The position numbers were made by a program, and so were the translations under genes. DNA of 64,000 nt, taken from Octopus sinensis. Lineage: Eukaryota. The DNA lies in assembly GCF_006345805.1 (NCBI RefSeq), contig NC_042997.1, positions 201,624,001 through 201,688,000 of the forward strand. Direction: 5' to 3'. Shown here piece by piece: positions 22,886 to 35,049 of this stretch (the first letter of the stretch is position 1; every line of letters starts with the position of its first letter). The notes below the pieces were generated by a model. It was given only the letters and a program-made list of their open reading frames with translations. It searched no databases and was not told where the DNA came from.

Positions 22886-23494
22886 AAACTTTTCGGTCTA
22901 TCGATGAACCATTGAATTAATGTCTATCGTTAATCATTTAGAAGTAAAACAATAACACTTAGACAACAATATGATGTCGTGGGAAGTTGTAGCTATAATG
23001 TCAACATTGTGACTCGTAATTAAACACTATGAGAAATAAAACTTGTAATGTTAAAATGATTTCTTTTGTTTAATTTCGTCATAAATATCAAGAATAACGA
23101 AGAAATAAATGCAAGAAAGATTTGAAATGATTTTATAATTGGAATACTTAAACTGCATAAAGAATTGTTGTAATCATCATAAAATTGCTTAGAGAGCAGA
23201 ACACGGCAAAGTTATGAGACATTTTAACTGGCGTAGGTTGACGACGCCATGATGGCGTTTTATTACATTTGTGGTAAAGTCAAAACCGTTATTTTGGATA
23301 ATTAGTAAGCCAAGAATGACAACTTCTGTTCGTCTTATCTTTCAAATACACATAAAAATTCTTCATTGTTTCAAATATTATCAAGAGTCACTTGTACTCA
23401 TTCAATATTTCAATAAGGAAGGTTTGTTCCAAAACGTCTTATTGTACACTGACATATCTTTATGCATTTCTTAATGAGTTCTTCTTCTTCTTCT

Positions 23495-23502
23495 TATTAT
23501 TA

Positions 23503-23573
<71 letters not shown>

Positions 23574-23676
23574 GTTGTTATTATTATTATTATTGTTGTT
23601 ATTATTATTATTATTATTGTTAATATTATTATTATTGTTGTTATTATTATTATTGTTGTTGTTATTATTATTATTA

Positions 23677-23708
<32 letters not shown>

Positions 23709-23769
23709 GTTGTTGGTATTATTATTATTATTATTGTTGTTATTATTGTTATTATTATTATTATTGTTG

Positions 23770-23801
<32 letters not shown>

Positions 23802-23859
23802 GTTATTATTATTATTATTATTGTTGTTGTTGTTATTATTATTATTATTGTTGTTATTA

Positions 23860-23897
<38 letters not shown>

Positions 23898-23967
23898 GTT
23901 ATTATTATTGTTATTATTATTATTATTATTATTGTTGTTGTTATTATTGTTATTATTGTTGTTGTTG

Positions 23968-23998
<31 letters not shown>
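23495..23998. repeat. ~500-bp (ATT/GTT)n tract
   Basis: Direct reading; source of the poly-L/I ORFs. Confidence 0.95.
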
Positions 23999-23999
<1 letters not shown>

Positions 24000-24214
24000 C
24001 GGTGAGCTGGTAGAATCGTTAGTGAGCTGAACAGCCTGTCGCTACGTTCAAATTCCAATTTCTTTCACTTTTCAATGAGCAGCAGATGAGCGACTATCTA
24101 AAGACACAACACAAGCCACGCCTTGGATAAAGTTTTCAGAAATAACCCAGTAGGTTTACCATTAATTCCGTGAAATATTCACGGGTTCTGCTAGTTCAGA
24201 TTGTTATAAAGGAA

Positions 24215-24372
24215 GGCAGCGAGCTGGCAGAATCGTCACCGTGCCGGACGAAATGCCGCAAAACGTTTAGTGCGTCTTTACGTTCTGAGTTCAAATTCCG
24301 TCGAGATCAATCATACACTGAGGTAATCGACCAGCCCCAAAATTTCAGGCCTTGTGCCTGTAGTAGAAAGAA
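24215..24372 (+). mobile_element. SINE-1, internally deleted, tail type b
   Basis: GGCAGCGAGCTGGCAGAATCG head, GAGTTCAAATTCC B-box, TTTCAGGCCTTGTGCC tail. Confidence 0.75.
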
Positions 24373-24739
24373 TCATCATCATCATCATCATCATCGTCGT
24401 CATCATCGTCATCATCGTCGTCATCATCGTCGTCGTCGTCGTCGTCATCATCATACAGACTTTGTGTCTGTAAGAAACTCCTTGGAATTGTTTGTAAGAT
24501 ATTTGTTGTTTGTTAGCTGTGATTTGAAGAAGTCTACTGTTGAAATTTATTTTTCTGTTTTATTGCCAAACTGAGGAGGATATTGAGGAACTAATCGATC
24601 TATCTTGATTTCCCCCTAAAGGTGTTGTAGCGGTGGTGGGGAAGATTTGCTGGAAGGCGTGTCTGGAATTTACCAAAACATGGCATCGTATCTAAATTTG
24701 TCTACTAAGATTACAAATAAACAGATACACAAATATACA

Positions 24740-24790
<51 letters not shown>

Positions 24791-24987
24791 TATATATATA
24801 ATAATAATAATAAATATTAGGGAATAAATCCAAATTTACAGGGAAAAAAAAATCAGATTTAGGATTAAATCCAATTTTATAGTAAAATATATATAATATT
24901 AATTAGAGACAAAACCACTATTTTGCAAAACAAACAAGGAAAGACTTAATCAATACATAAAATTTTAATAAAAAGTAAAAAAAACCG

Positions 24988-25030
24988 CCACTACAATTGT
25001 TTCATGTCCTGATCGACAATCTTCAGGTGG
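24988..25030 (-). ncRNA. Mirror copy of the hammerhead at 25084-25126
   Basis: Exact reverse complement. Confidence 0.8.
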
Positions 25031-25083
25031 ATTTCCAATTTTCAAGTCAGTTTCAAATTGAAACTGACTTGAAAATTGGAAAT

Positions 25084-25126
25084 CCACCTGAAGATTGTCG
25101 ATCAGGACATGAAACAATTGTAGTGG
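25084..25126 (+). ncRNA. Type I hammerhead motif with canonical core
   Basis: CCAC-CTGAAGA-T-TGTC/GATCAG/GACA-T-GAAA-CAATTG-TA-GTGG; helix III palindrome ACAATTGT, GUA triplet. Confidence 0.8.
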
Positions 25127-25218
25127 CGGTTTTTTTTACTTTTTATTAAAATTTTATGTATTGATTAAGTCTTTCCTTGTTTGTTTTGCAAAATAGTGGT
25201 TTTGTTTCTAATTAATAT

Positions 25219-25279
<61 letters not shown>

Positions 25280-25415
25280 TCTTATACTGTTTTATTTGTT
25301 TCAGTCATTTGACTGCCACCATGCTGGAGCACCGCCTTTAGCCGAACAAATCGACCCCAGAACTTATTCTTTGTAAGCCTAGTACTTTTTCTATCGGTCT
25401 CTTTTGCCGAACTAC
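25280..25415 (-). mobile_element. SINE-2 3' fragment
   Basis: TTTCAGTCATTTGACTGCCACCATGCTGGAGCACCGCC. Confidence 0.85.
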
Positions 25416-25521
25416 TGAAGTGTTCAATATCAATGCTAAAGACGCAAAATTGTAAGGATCTTTTCGACGACGACTGGGGAGGAATTAGCTATGAATTTTC
25501 CGTTTGCTGTGTTTCTGTAGA

Positions 25522-25597
<76 letters not shown>

Positions 25598-25715
25598 CGG
25601 GTTCCGCTAGTTCAGATTATTATAGAGGCAGCAAGTTGGCAGAATCGTCACCGTGCCGGACGATCGCTAACCACTACACATTTTTTATTTTCTCTACTTG
25701 TTTCTTTGTGTATAC

Positions 25716-25751
25716 CTTTCTGTGGAAGAGCGTAGGCTCGAAACGTTAAAG
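25716..25751 (+). ncRNA. Hammerhead motif with altered core (A6U) in a PLE-type tail (~25664-25830)
   Basis: CTTT-CTGTGGA-A-GAGC/GTAG/GCTC-GAAA-CG-TT-AAAG; same architecture as 8303-8337. Confidence 0.55.
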
Positions 25752-25864
25752 ACTTTTTCACTTCCAAAGCATTATACTAATGCATCTATTTGTTGTCTAC
25801 ACCACCTGTCTTCGTCTCTTGTTTTTTTAATTCTCCCTATACATACATATATACATACATATAC

Positions 25865-25954
<90 letters not shown>

Positions 25955-26011
25955 TGTAAAATCAGTATATTGGCTTTGGAATAATCTTCTTTAGCCCTTG
26001 CTTATAAGATA

Positions 26012-26047
<36 letters not shown>

Positions 26048-26704
26048 TGTATATGTATATATATGAACACACACAAATATGTATATGTAAGTATATGTGT
26101 ATTCGTATGTGTGTAATGTTGCAATTTTGCTTATAAAAATGTATAATATCTAAAGCATTAGATATTTTTAACATCCACCCCCGCACCCTCATTTAAAATA
26201 CCCAGTATTCAAAACCATCCCTCTCGCTCAATTGAATATGCTTGGATGCGACCATTAAACACAAACCACAGAACTTAATCTACGTTTGACCATTAAACCC
26301 ATATAATTTTAACTCTGATCCCAAACAAGAATATAAAACCAACATAATTTCCTAAACTAAATATCGTTAATTTAAATAGACGATAGCTATCTAACTTGAA
26401 AGAAATGAAGACATCCAACCAAGCAGAAAAACATTTTCCCTAATCTCATATTCCATTCCGCAAATTCGCATACGTTCAATTTTTTCTTCTCCTCTTTCAT
26501 TATTTATTTTATTACTTTGCGTTCTTCCTCCCCCACAAGTCATTATATTTACTCATCCCATTATATGCTTCAAAAACATATCATTATACATTGATTACTT
26601 CGAAACCACTTTCCCACACTCACTGAATGAACCAAAATAGTTATAAAGACGCTTGGAAAACAATACTTTGCAGTCTCATGAAGGCAACTTCTAAATCACT
26701 ATCA

Positions 26705-26780
26705 AAAGAGAGAAAGAAGGGAAAATAGGGAACAGGGCAATCGATTGTCCTGTTCCTTGTTTTCCTCGCTTTCTCTCTTT
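26705..26780. repeat. Imperfect hairpin centred on CAATCGATTG
   Basis: AAAGAGAGAAAG...GGAACAGGGCAAT pairs with ATTGTCCTGTTCC...CTTTCTCTCTTT. Confidence 0.7.
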
Positions 26781-27040
26781 CTTTCTCTCAAAAACGAAAT
26801 TTTCTCCTCTCCTAAACAAAACAAGAAAACATCCGCTTTTCGATTCTTATAAAAAACGATGAAACGTTCTGATTTTATTCTTTTTGGTTTAATTCTTCTG
26901 GAAGTTTTCTGTTAAACGAGCGAAAGCGCTTATAAAGAATCATCGAAAATTCTGACTGTCTCCTTTTTCTTGATATACAATATCTGTATACCACTTCAAA
27001 CACTCTATACATACATACATACATACATACATACATACAC

Positions 27041-27071
<31 letters not shown>

Positions 27072-27289
27072 CACATATACACATACATACATACATACAC
27101 ACATACATACATACATACATACATACATACATACATACATACATACATACATACATACATACATAACTATACACACACACACACACACATATATATATAA
27201 CTTAAATTTGATAACTTTGATAAGTTTTGGCCATTATAGGCCCAGGCCATGTCTAACTTAATAGCACCACCTGGTGAAGTCTTTGAGTC

Positions 27290-27625
27290 ATATATGTGGC
27301 ACCATGGCCCACTCTCACAAAGAGTTATTATTGTTGGAGACATATCCGGGTGTAGGAGGCTGGTCTGAGATTCTTTGAAGAAATTTGTCCAGTGAACTTT
27401 TGAATTTTATGGAATCCATTTCCATTTTGACGTATTTTGGTATGGTATTAAAGAGAGCTGGACCGGTTGAGGTAAAGTAATTGTGACGTAATGATGCTAT
27501 ATGTCCTGAGTTCGATTTTTGTAGTGGGCGGATAGCACGGGGGCTAAGTCTTGGGTGGATTTTATAATTGATGCCAACATCATTTGTGCAATATTGATGG
27601 AATAGTTTCCACATCACACAAATGA
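27290..27625 (-). mobile_element. CR1/L2-group LINE 3' remnant
   Basis: MWK...HPRL..RA.RP...LRHNYFTSTGPALFNTIP...FKSSLDKFL..ISDQPPTPGY, a typical post-RT C-terminal motif. Confidence 0.7.
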
Positions 27626-27658
27626 TGTATATATATATATATATGTATATATATAAAA

Positions 27659-27741
<83 letters not shown>

Positions 27742-27855
27742 GTATATATATAAAAATTTATATATATATATATATTATATATATATGTATATATATATAA
27801 TAGAAATATTAATATTTCTAAGTCTCTCTAAAGAAGACTACGGCAGCAGTGCCGG

Positions 27856-28038
27856 ATATTAATAGTTATCGCCAAGCTAATATGGCAGTCCAGAAATATA
27901 GGACGAATGCTGCCGTTGATTAGCTCGAAGAGGCTATCGCCTCTAGCTAACTATATGACACATGAACCTGCTAATCAATGGCACCATTCGTCCTATATTT
28001 CTGGACTGCGATATTAGCTTGGCGATAACTATTAATAT
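27856..28038. mobile_element. Fold-back (arms 27856-27909 / 27985-28038) of a dispersed repeat also present at ~49090-49250
   Basis: ATATTAATAGTTATCGCCAAGCTAATAT...GGACGAATG and its reverse complement. Confidence 0.75.
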
Positions 28039-28813
28039 ATTTATTTATATATATGAAGTATGTTTTCACCACAGTGTTTCAAAGACTGTATTCAGGTCGA
28101 TAAAAACGTCCAACGCTATTGATGGAAACTTTTGATGATGAAAAGACCTGATATCTGAGCTGTTGATAAAAGGATCTCTGGTAAGTTTACAGTAATTTTT
28201 GTGTGAGCTAGGCAACAACGCTGCTAGCTGGAGATATGATCACTGAATCGGTCAATAAGCTGCTGATTAAGGACATACATGGATCGATGAGTTCATAAGT
28301 GGACTGCTGCTTCGTTAGTGGTTCTGCTGTCAATCGCTTCTATGTCGCTAGTGTGCTGCTCATCGTTCCAATAATATACATATACATTCTTAACATGTTC
28401 CGGCACATCTGGATGTGAATATTCCAAGCACTGTTGTTTCGTCATTGGAGAACGTCTCCTTTCAGATGAATGTATATTCATAGCATACTCGATCCATTAG
28501 TGCAAAGGAAATTTGTGATACCCTGTGTTTCGACATCGTTGTGTCTTATCAGTCAAAGGTTCCTTGGACTAATGAATCAAATGATGAGATTTTGCTTCTT
28601 GCTTATAAGAATCAAGACTAGGAGCTGCATATTCATTCTTGATATTCTCCGGCAAATTCGAACATAAATATGCGAACCATTGTTGTATTTCGTCATTAAA
28701 GAACAACTTCATTCGGAAGAAAATGTGTTTCTAATACTCTCGATTCCTTAACATAAAGGGATTTTCGGACAATCGGTGTTTCAAAATCATTGTGTCTTAT
28801 CACCCGGAACATA

Positions 28814-29378
28814 GAGGGTGGCCCAAAAGTAGGTTTACAGTTATTCAACTATCTCTTTTGCATTCATATATTAACAGTTTAGGTCATAATTATAAAGAAA
28901 TATGAAACCATTATCCTTTGCTAATTTACTTAATTTTTTCGGTTTGTAAGATAGGAATTTAAATGTAATGAAATGTTTTAAAAGAAATTTAAATTTAAAG
29001 GCGCAGGAATGGTTGTGTGGTAAGTAGTTTGCTTACCAACCACATGGTTCCGGGTTCAGTCCCACAGCGTGGCACCTTGGGCAAGTATCTTCTACTATAG
29101 CATCGGGCTGACCAAAGCCTCGTGAGTGGATTTGGTAGACGGAAACTGAAAGAAGCCCGTCGTATATATATATGTGTGGGGGGGGGGGTTGTTTGTGTGT
29201 CTGTGTTCCTCCCCACAACATCGCTTGACAACCGATAGAATATGTACTAGGCTTACAAAGAATAAGTTCCGGGGTCGATTTGCTTCAGCATGGCCGCAGT
29301 CGAATGACTGAAACAAGTAAAAGCACGTAAAAGAGAGTGCCTCCGTGATAACTGTAAACCTACATTTGGGACACCCTG
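28814..29378. mobile_element. Mariner-type MITE with a nested SINE-2
   Basis: TIRs (C/G)AGGGTG(G/T)CCCAAA(A/T)GTAGGTTTACAGTT flanked by TA. Confidence 0.8.
28999..29322 (+). mobile_element. SINE-2, near full length
   Basis: GGCGCAGGAATGGTTGTGTGG head, GGGTTCAGTCCC B-box, CORE-like CACCTTGGGCAAGT. Confidence 0.9.
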
Positions 29379-30084
29379 TATTTAGTTAATACATTCTGCT
29401 GCTCAGTTTTTTTTATGATTTCAAAAAGTAACCATGTGTATATGTGAGTCAATAATATTACTCAACAGCTAATTCTTATGAATAACATTAAATTATAATA
29501 TCGATACAATCTAATCATCCCTTGTTTCGATTACCACTTATATAATTAAACAAGTTTAAACTGTACCGAGTAAATAATCACAAGATATTACTACCACAAA
29601 ATATTTCACTCATAATATAATTCTAATTACACTTTTTAATCAGTTCATTTTACAAACGTTAATCAATCTATCTTCGTGGTTTTTTGCTAGTAATATTCTC
29701 TTTCTCTTTTCGTATTTGTGTTTCAGAATTATTTTACATGCTAATTACTGATTCGTTACAGAAAATTTAACTTATCAGCTTATGTCACTGGTACATCTTG
29801 AAATCTTAACACCCTTTCGAATAACAATCGTATATTCACGACTAATTGATGTCTGCGAATTGATTTGGTGAAAAGATAAAATAGTAAATAGGAGGCTAGG
29901 TGGATCTAGACAGTAATTTCGTTTTCACACTTACTCATAAACGTGTGTGTGTGTGTGTGTGTGTGTACATGTGTCTGTGTATGTAGTTGTGTGTGTGCAC
30001 ACATACACACAATACATATTATGAATGTATGTGCGTGTGTGTTTGTGTGTGTGTATGTACTCCTCCCCCACACACGCACGTACA

Positions 30085-30410
30085 CACACATACTCGCAGG
30101 TGTTGCCGTGTGGTAAGAAATGTACTTCCCGATCACATGTTTCTAGGTTCGGTCGTGTATGTGTGTATGTCTGTGTGCATACGTGTGTGTGTCTTTGTGT
30201 CCGTGTTTGCTGCCCCTCACACCGCTTGACAACCGGTGTTGGTGTGTTTATGTCACCGTAACTTAGCGTTTCGGCAGAGAGACCGACAGAAAAAGAACCA
30301 GGCTTGAAAAACATAAATAAGTCCTGTGGTCGTTTCATTTGCCAAAAATAATTCATCAAGGCGGTGCTCCAGCATGGCTGCAGTCTAATGACTGAAACAG
30401 TTAAAAGATA
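30085..30410 (+). mobile_element. SINE-2 with internal deletion
   Basis: Head CGCAGGTGTTGCCGTGTGG; tail GCAGTCTAATGACTGAAAC. Confidence 0.75.
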
Positions 30411-30429
30411 CAAAAGATATATGTATATA

Positions 30430-30479
<50 letters not shown>

Positions 30480-30496
30480 GTGTGTGTGTGTGTGTG

Positions 30497-30995
30497 TGGT
30501 CAGGTCAGGCAGGGGAGGAGACATTCCACCATTTGTCGGTATTTGCTCGGGTCGTCCTGAGAGACCTCTCCGAGCAGTGTCCCATTCGCCATCCCTGCGA
30601 AATACTTCATCCGCCGTGACCATGAGGCATGTGACCAACCAACACGAACCGTCACCCCACCTGGATCCTCAGAGAGGAGGAAACGGCACGCAGAATCCCA
30701 CTCGGAAAACCGAGCAATATGACCAAACAGTCTGAGCTGACACTCCCGAATCTTACGAGTAACAGGACATACTTCAGATTCGCAGAATTATGGGTTACCA
30801 ACTAATGGTAACCCATAATCCTGCGAAACATGCAGGTACAAAGGAGCTCAGGCAACCCCTAAGGGCCCCGGATAATGTCCAAGCAGAGTAAGACAGGGAG
30901 GAAAATACAAACCTTTGTTCTCCTGCACAGATGTCGACAGCACCAAACACCCTCGTCCAGTCAGTCCACCAGTGCAGCAGCACGCCCAAGGCTTT
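30497..30995 (-). mobile_element. RTE-clade LINE 3' remnant with CCTGA tail
   Basis: LGRAAA...LDEGVWCCRHL...FRRIMGYH...IRECQLRLFGHIARF; ends CCTGACCTGACC. Confidence 0.75.
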
Positions 30996-31002
30996 TTATA
31001 AC

Positions 31003-31290
31003 TTCGACATTATCCGAAGCCCTTAGGGATTGCCTGAACTCCTTTGTACCAAGATGTTTCACAGGATTATGGGTTACCATTAGTTGGATTTCGTATCCAA
31101 CCAATGACTCTACTCAGAATCTGGAATATGTCCCTGTTACTCGTATGATTCGGAAGCATCAGCGCAGACTGTTTGGTCCCAACAGAGACAGACGAGATGG
31201 ATTCCCCAGGGAGCCAACGAAACACTGGATTTCTGATTAGACTCAAGAAACTCTAAGGCCAAGTGGTTACGCTCCTTCACTTAATGAAAA
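31003..31290 (+). mobile_element. Second RTE fragment, head-to-head with 30497-30995
   Basis: GACATTATCC...CAGGATTATGGGTTACCATTAGTTGG...CAGACTGTTTGGTC matches the minus copy at roughly 85% by eye. Confidence 0.7.
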
Positions 31291-31399
31291 GAGAGCATTC
31301 CTTAAGATATCTTGTGACTCAACAGAACAATCCCGTCATCGGCAAAATCCAGCTCATTGATGGATATATACATATATATATGTGTGGATATGTATTTGT

Positions 31400-32143
31400 G
31401 TGTGTGTGTGTGTGTGTGGTGTGTGTGTGTGTGTGTTGTTGGTGTCTGTGTTTGTTCCTTACCATCGCTTGACAACCGGTCTTGGTGTGTTTACGCCCCT
31501 GTGGCATAGCGGTTCGGCAAAAGTGACCGAAAAAAATAAGTACAAGGTTTACAAAGAATAAGTCCTGGGGTCAATTTCTTCGACTAAAAACCCCTTTAAG
31601 GTGGTACTCCAGCATGGTCGCAGTCAAATGACTGAAACAAATAGAAGAATAAAAGAATTATTTTAACCAAAACTTAATAGGCTTTTGCCAAGAACTTGCA
31701 ATCAAGCCTAATACCCAGGGTAGTCTGTCCTGCCCACGGGTGGTGCCTGGTCTTTGGTGTCTTTGCAATCAAGGATGCAACGTGCACCGGGCTTATAACA
31801 GCTGAAGAAGTGGCACTGTGGGCAAGTGTCTTCTACTATAGTCTCGGGCCGACCAAAACCTTGTGAGTGGATTTGGTAGACGGAAACTGGAAGAAGCCCG
31901 TCGTATTTGTATATACATATATATGTAGGTGTGTGTATATGTTTGTGTGTCTGTGTGTGTCCCCCACCATTGCTTGACAACCGATGCTGGTGTGTTTACG
32001 TCCCCGTCACTTAGCGGTTCAGCAAAAGAGAACGATAGAATAACTACTAGGCTTACAAGGCATAAGTCCTGGGGTCGATTTGCTCGACTAAAGGCGATGC
32101 TCCAGCATGGCCACAGTCCAAATGACCGAAACAAGTAAAAGAG
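31400..32143 (+). mobile_element. Two SINE-2 copies (31400-31655, 31812-32143)
   Basis: Family body and tail motifs. Confidence 0.85.
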
Positions 32144-32153
32144 TATACACACA

Positions 32154-32184
<31 letters not shown>

Positions 32185-32312
32185 CACACAACACACACAC
32201 ACACACCACACACACACACCACACACATATATATTATATATATTGAATAAAACGGTAAGATAACAAAAGAAAGAAAGAGACCTCAATATTATGTAAATAG
32301 AGGAAATTTATC

Positions 32313-32497
32313 TATACAATATGTTACATTACTCGGTAGTCAGATAAAACTCTGAGTTTCAGATGCCGAAGTGGAAATCCACAACACCATCTCTTCGGTT
32401 ATCTGGCTAGATAACCGAAGAGATGGTGTTGTGGATTTCCACTTCGGCATCTGAAACTCAGAGTTTTATCTTGACTACCGAGTAATGTAACATATTG

Positions 32498-32501
<4 letters not shown>
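32313..32501. mobile_element. ~190-bp palindrome of a PLE-type terminus with mirror HHR-like motifs
   Basis: 4-nt spacer at 32405-32408 and one indel between the arms. Confidence 0.9.
32409..32471 (+). ncRNA. Hammerhead-like motif (U4C); mirror copy at 32342-32404 on the minus strand
   Basis: AGATAA-CCGAAGA-GATG...CATC-T-GAAA-CTCAGAG-TT-TTATCT. Confidence 0.55.
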
Positions 32502-32528
<27 letters not shown>

Positions 32529-32529
32529 T

Positions 32530-32800
32530 GGAGGCACAATGGTCCAGTGGTTAGGGCAGCGAACTCGCGGTTGTAGGATCACGGTTTCGATTCCCAGACG
32601 GGCGTTGTGAGTGGTTATTGAGCGAAAACACCTAAAAGCTCCACGAGGATCCCTGCTGTACTCTTTCTCTCACTCTTCTGTTGGCCTGCTCGCTTAGCCA
32701 GCGGGGTGGCGTCATTCGAAGGCTAAAACAATGCGAACGCACTGTAACCAGCGATGTATAACTACATCTGATGGCCTGGTCGGTCACATGATCACGTGAT
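32530..32800 (+). mobile_element. SINE-3, tail type d
   Basis: GGAGGCACAATGGTCCAGTGG head; tail CCTGCTCGCTTAGCCAGCGG...GTCACATGATCACGTGA. Confidence 0.8.
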
Positions 32801-32891
32801 ATATATATAATATAGGATAAAAATTTTTCGAAAAAAATTCTATCAATGGCCAGCATATTAAAATATACCTTTAAAGGTTAAGTTGTATGTA

Positions 32892-32940
<49 letters not shown>

Positions 32941-33042
32941 AGAGTGAGAGAGTGACAGATATAGATAGATATACGTACGCACGTATTGTTTTAATAGCTA
33001 ACGATGGTCTTTTTTGGACACGACTGGACAGCCATTTCAGTT

Positions 33043-33101
<59 letters not shown>

Positions 33102-33113
33102 CATCCATACATA

Positions 33114-33148
<35 letters not shown>

Positions 33149-33300
33149 AAACTCAATAAAGTACTAATTTTAATTATCGAAGTTTTAGTGTTTGTGAATG
33201 ACAGAAGGAGAGCGAACGAGAGGGAGAGAGAAGGAGAGAAAGAAGGGAAAAAAGCAGCAACGGAAGGCGATAAGTTTCTAACGTGTGTGTGTGTGTGTGT

Positions 33301-33353
<53 letters not shown>

Positions 33354-33589
33354 TGTGTCTTCAAAATTCGTTATCAAGCGTGAAAGGCCTCAGTTCATTA
33401 GCTGCTAGTAAAGGCTAAGATGAAAGACATTACTGCAGCCAAATAATGTTTTATCTCGATATTTATTCAACCATTTCACACTAGATATATTCATTTGTAT
33501 ATCCATTGTTCTGTCCTCTGTTATCAAGTCTTTCGTTGATAAAGTTCAGTCATTCTCGTCTGACATAATAAAATGTGCCGGGCCGTTCT

Positions 33590-33610
33590 GTGCATATGTG
33601 TGTGTGCGTG

Positions 33611-33651
<41 letters not shown>

Positions 33652-33968
33652 ACATGTGTGTGTGTGTGTAGATGTATATATACATATATGTGTATTTATG
33701 CATATATATATGTATGTATGTATATATGTATATGTGTGTATATATATGTGTGTGTGTGTATATATATATATATGTATGTATGCATGTATATACATATAAG
33801 TATATATGTTTGTATGTATATGTATATATGTCTGTGTGTGTATATATATATACATATATACATATATATGTATGTATATATATATATGTCTGTGTATATA
33901 TATACATATGTATGTATATCTGTATGTATGTATGTATGTATATCTGTATGTATGTATGTATGTATGTG

Positions 33969-34031
<63 letters not shown>

Positions 34032-34050
34032 ATATATATGTATATATGTA

Positions 34051-34087
<37 letters not shown>

Positions 34088-34115
34088 ACATACACATACA
34101 TACATACATACATAC
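33590..34115. repeat. Compound (TG)/(TA)/(TATG) microsatellite field
   Basis: Direct reading. Confidence 0.95.
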
Positions 34116-34267
34116 AGATTTCAAGATTAATCAGCCGAAATTGCTAAGATGATCTGGTTCTTGACTGATGACTGAGGGCTTCGAATGTCCCGTCCTGTGG
34201 TTCTTGTGTCGTCTCTGTGGTGTTTCATGTTCTTGTCCATGTCTGTATTTATTTTACTGTTTACCTA

Positions 34268-34331
<64 letters not shown>

Positions 34332-35049
34332 ATATACATATATATATATACATATATATATATATGCATGCGTGTATGTACATAGTTGTTTCTCGCCGTT
34401 CTCCTGTTCTAACGGCTAGTTAGCTCGCTTCTAATATTATCTCAGCCTTTCCATACATAGACTTGATTACATAGATGTCAGAATAAAAATAAAACAAGAA
34501 CACACAACATAGAAGCAGTAAAAACAATCAAATATCTCCTATTTCCTTTTGTTATCGCTATCATATCACTAAAACACGGTAAAAATAAATTACAAAGTAA
34601 AATTATGTCAATGAAAATACAATGGTTTACTGGGTTTTTTTTTCTTTAATTTGTACGTATGTCTTTTTGCTTTTTTTTTTTCATTTCTTTGAGTTATCGA
34701 TAGCTAATCTCTGGTGAAAAAAGAGATTACAGCAAGACATGTGTTTTCTGTGGTTAGGGGTCGTCTTGTTCCCGTCCACGGGAGCGACGTGGGATGAGAG
34801 AGAAAGAGAAAGAGAGAGGGAGAGAGAGAGAGATATGGGAGGGGTAGCATATTCGTTGAGAGTCTTAATGTCGATCTGTTAAAAATGATAAAAATGGTCG
34901 TCTGCAAGAAAGACGATCTTTGATATTTTCTTTCTTTCATTCTAGAGTGGATGATAATTACGGGACAAAGAAGTGTCTATTGATGTGTAGAGCTGCTCGT
35001 GGACGAGAGAAGTTAATGTACCACACAAATGCTTTGTCTTTGCGAAATG

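Larger units (their letters stand above)
24887..25227. mobile_element. ~340-bp near-perfect palindrome of a PLE-type terminus
   Basis: Centre at 25057 with a 1-nt spacer; one mismatch seen in ~170-bp arms; an HHR on each strand. Confidence 0.9.

Noticed and set aside
23392-24058. Long poly-Leu/poly-Ile ORFs, and the similar YI, CV, TH and MYVC ORFs throughout the track
   Set aside because: Translations of simple repeats.
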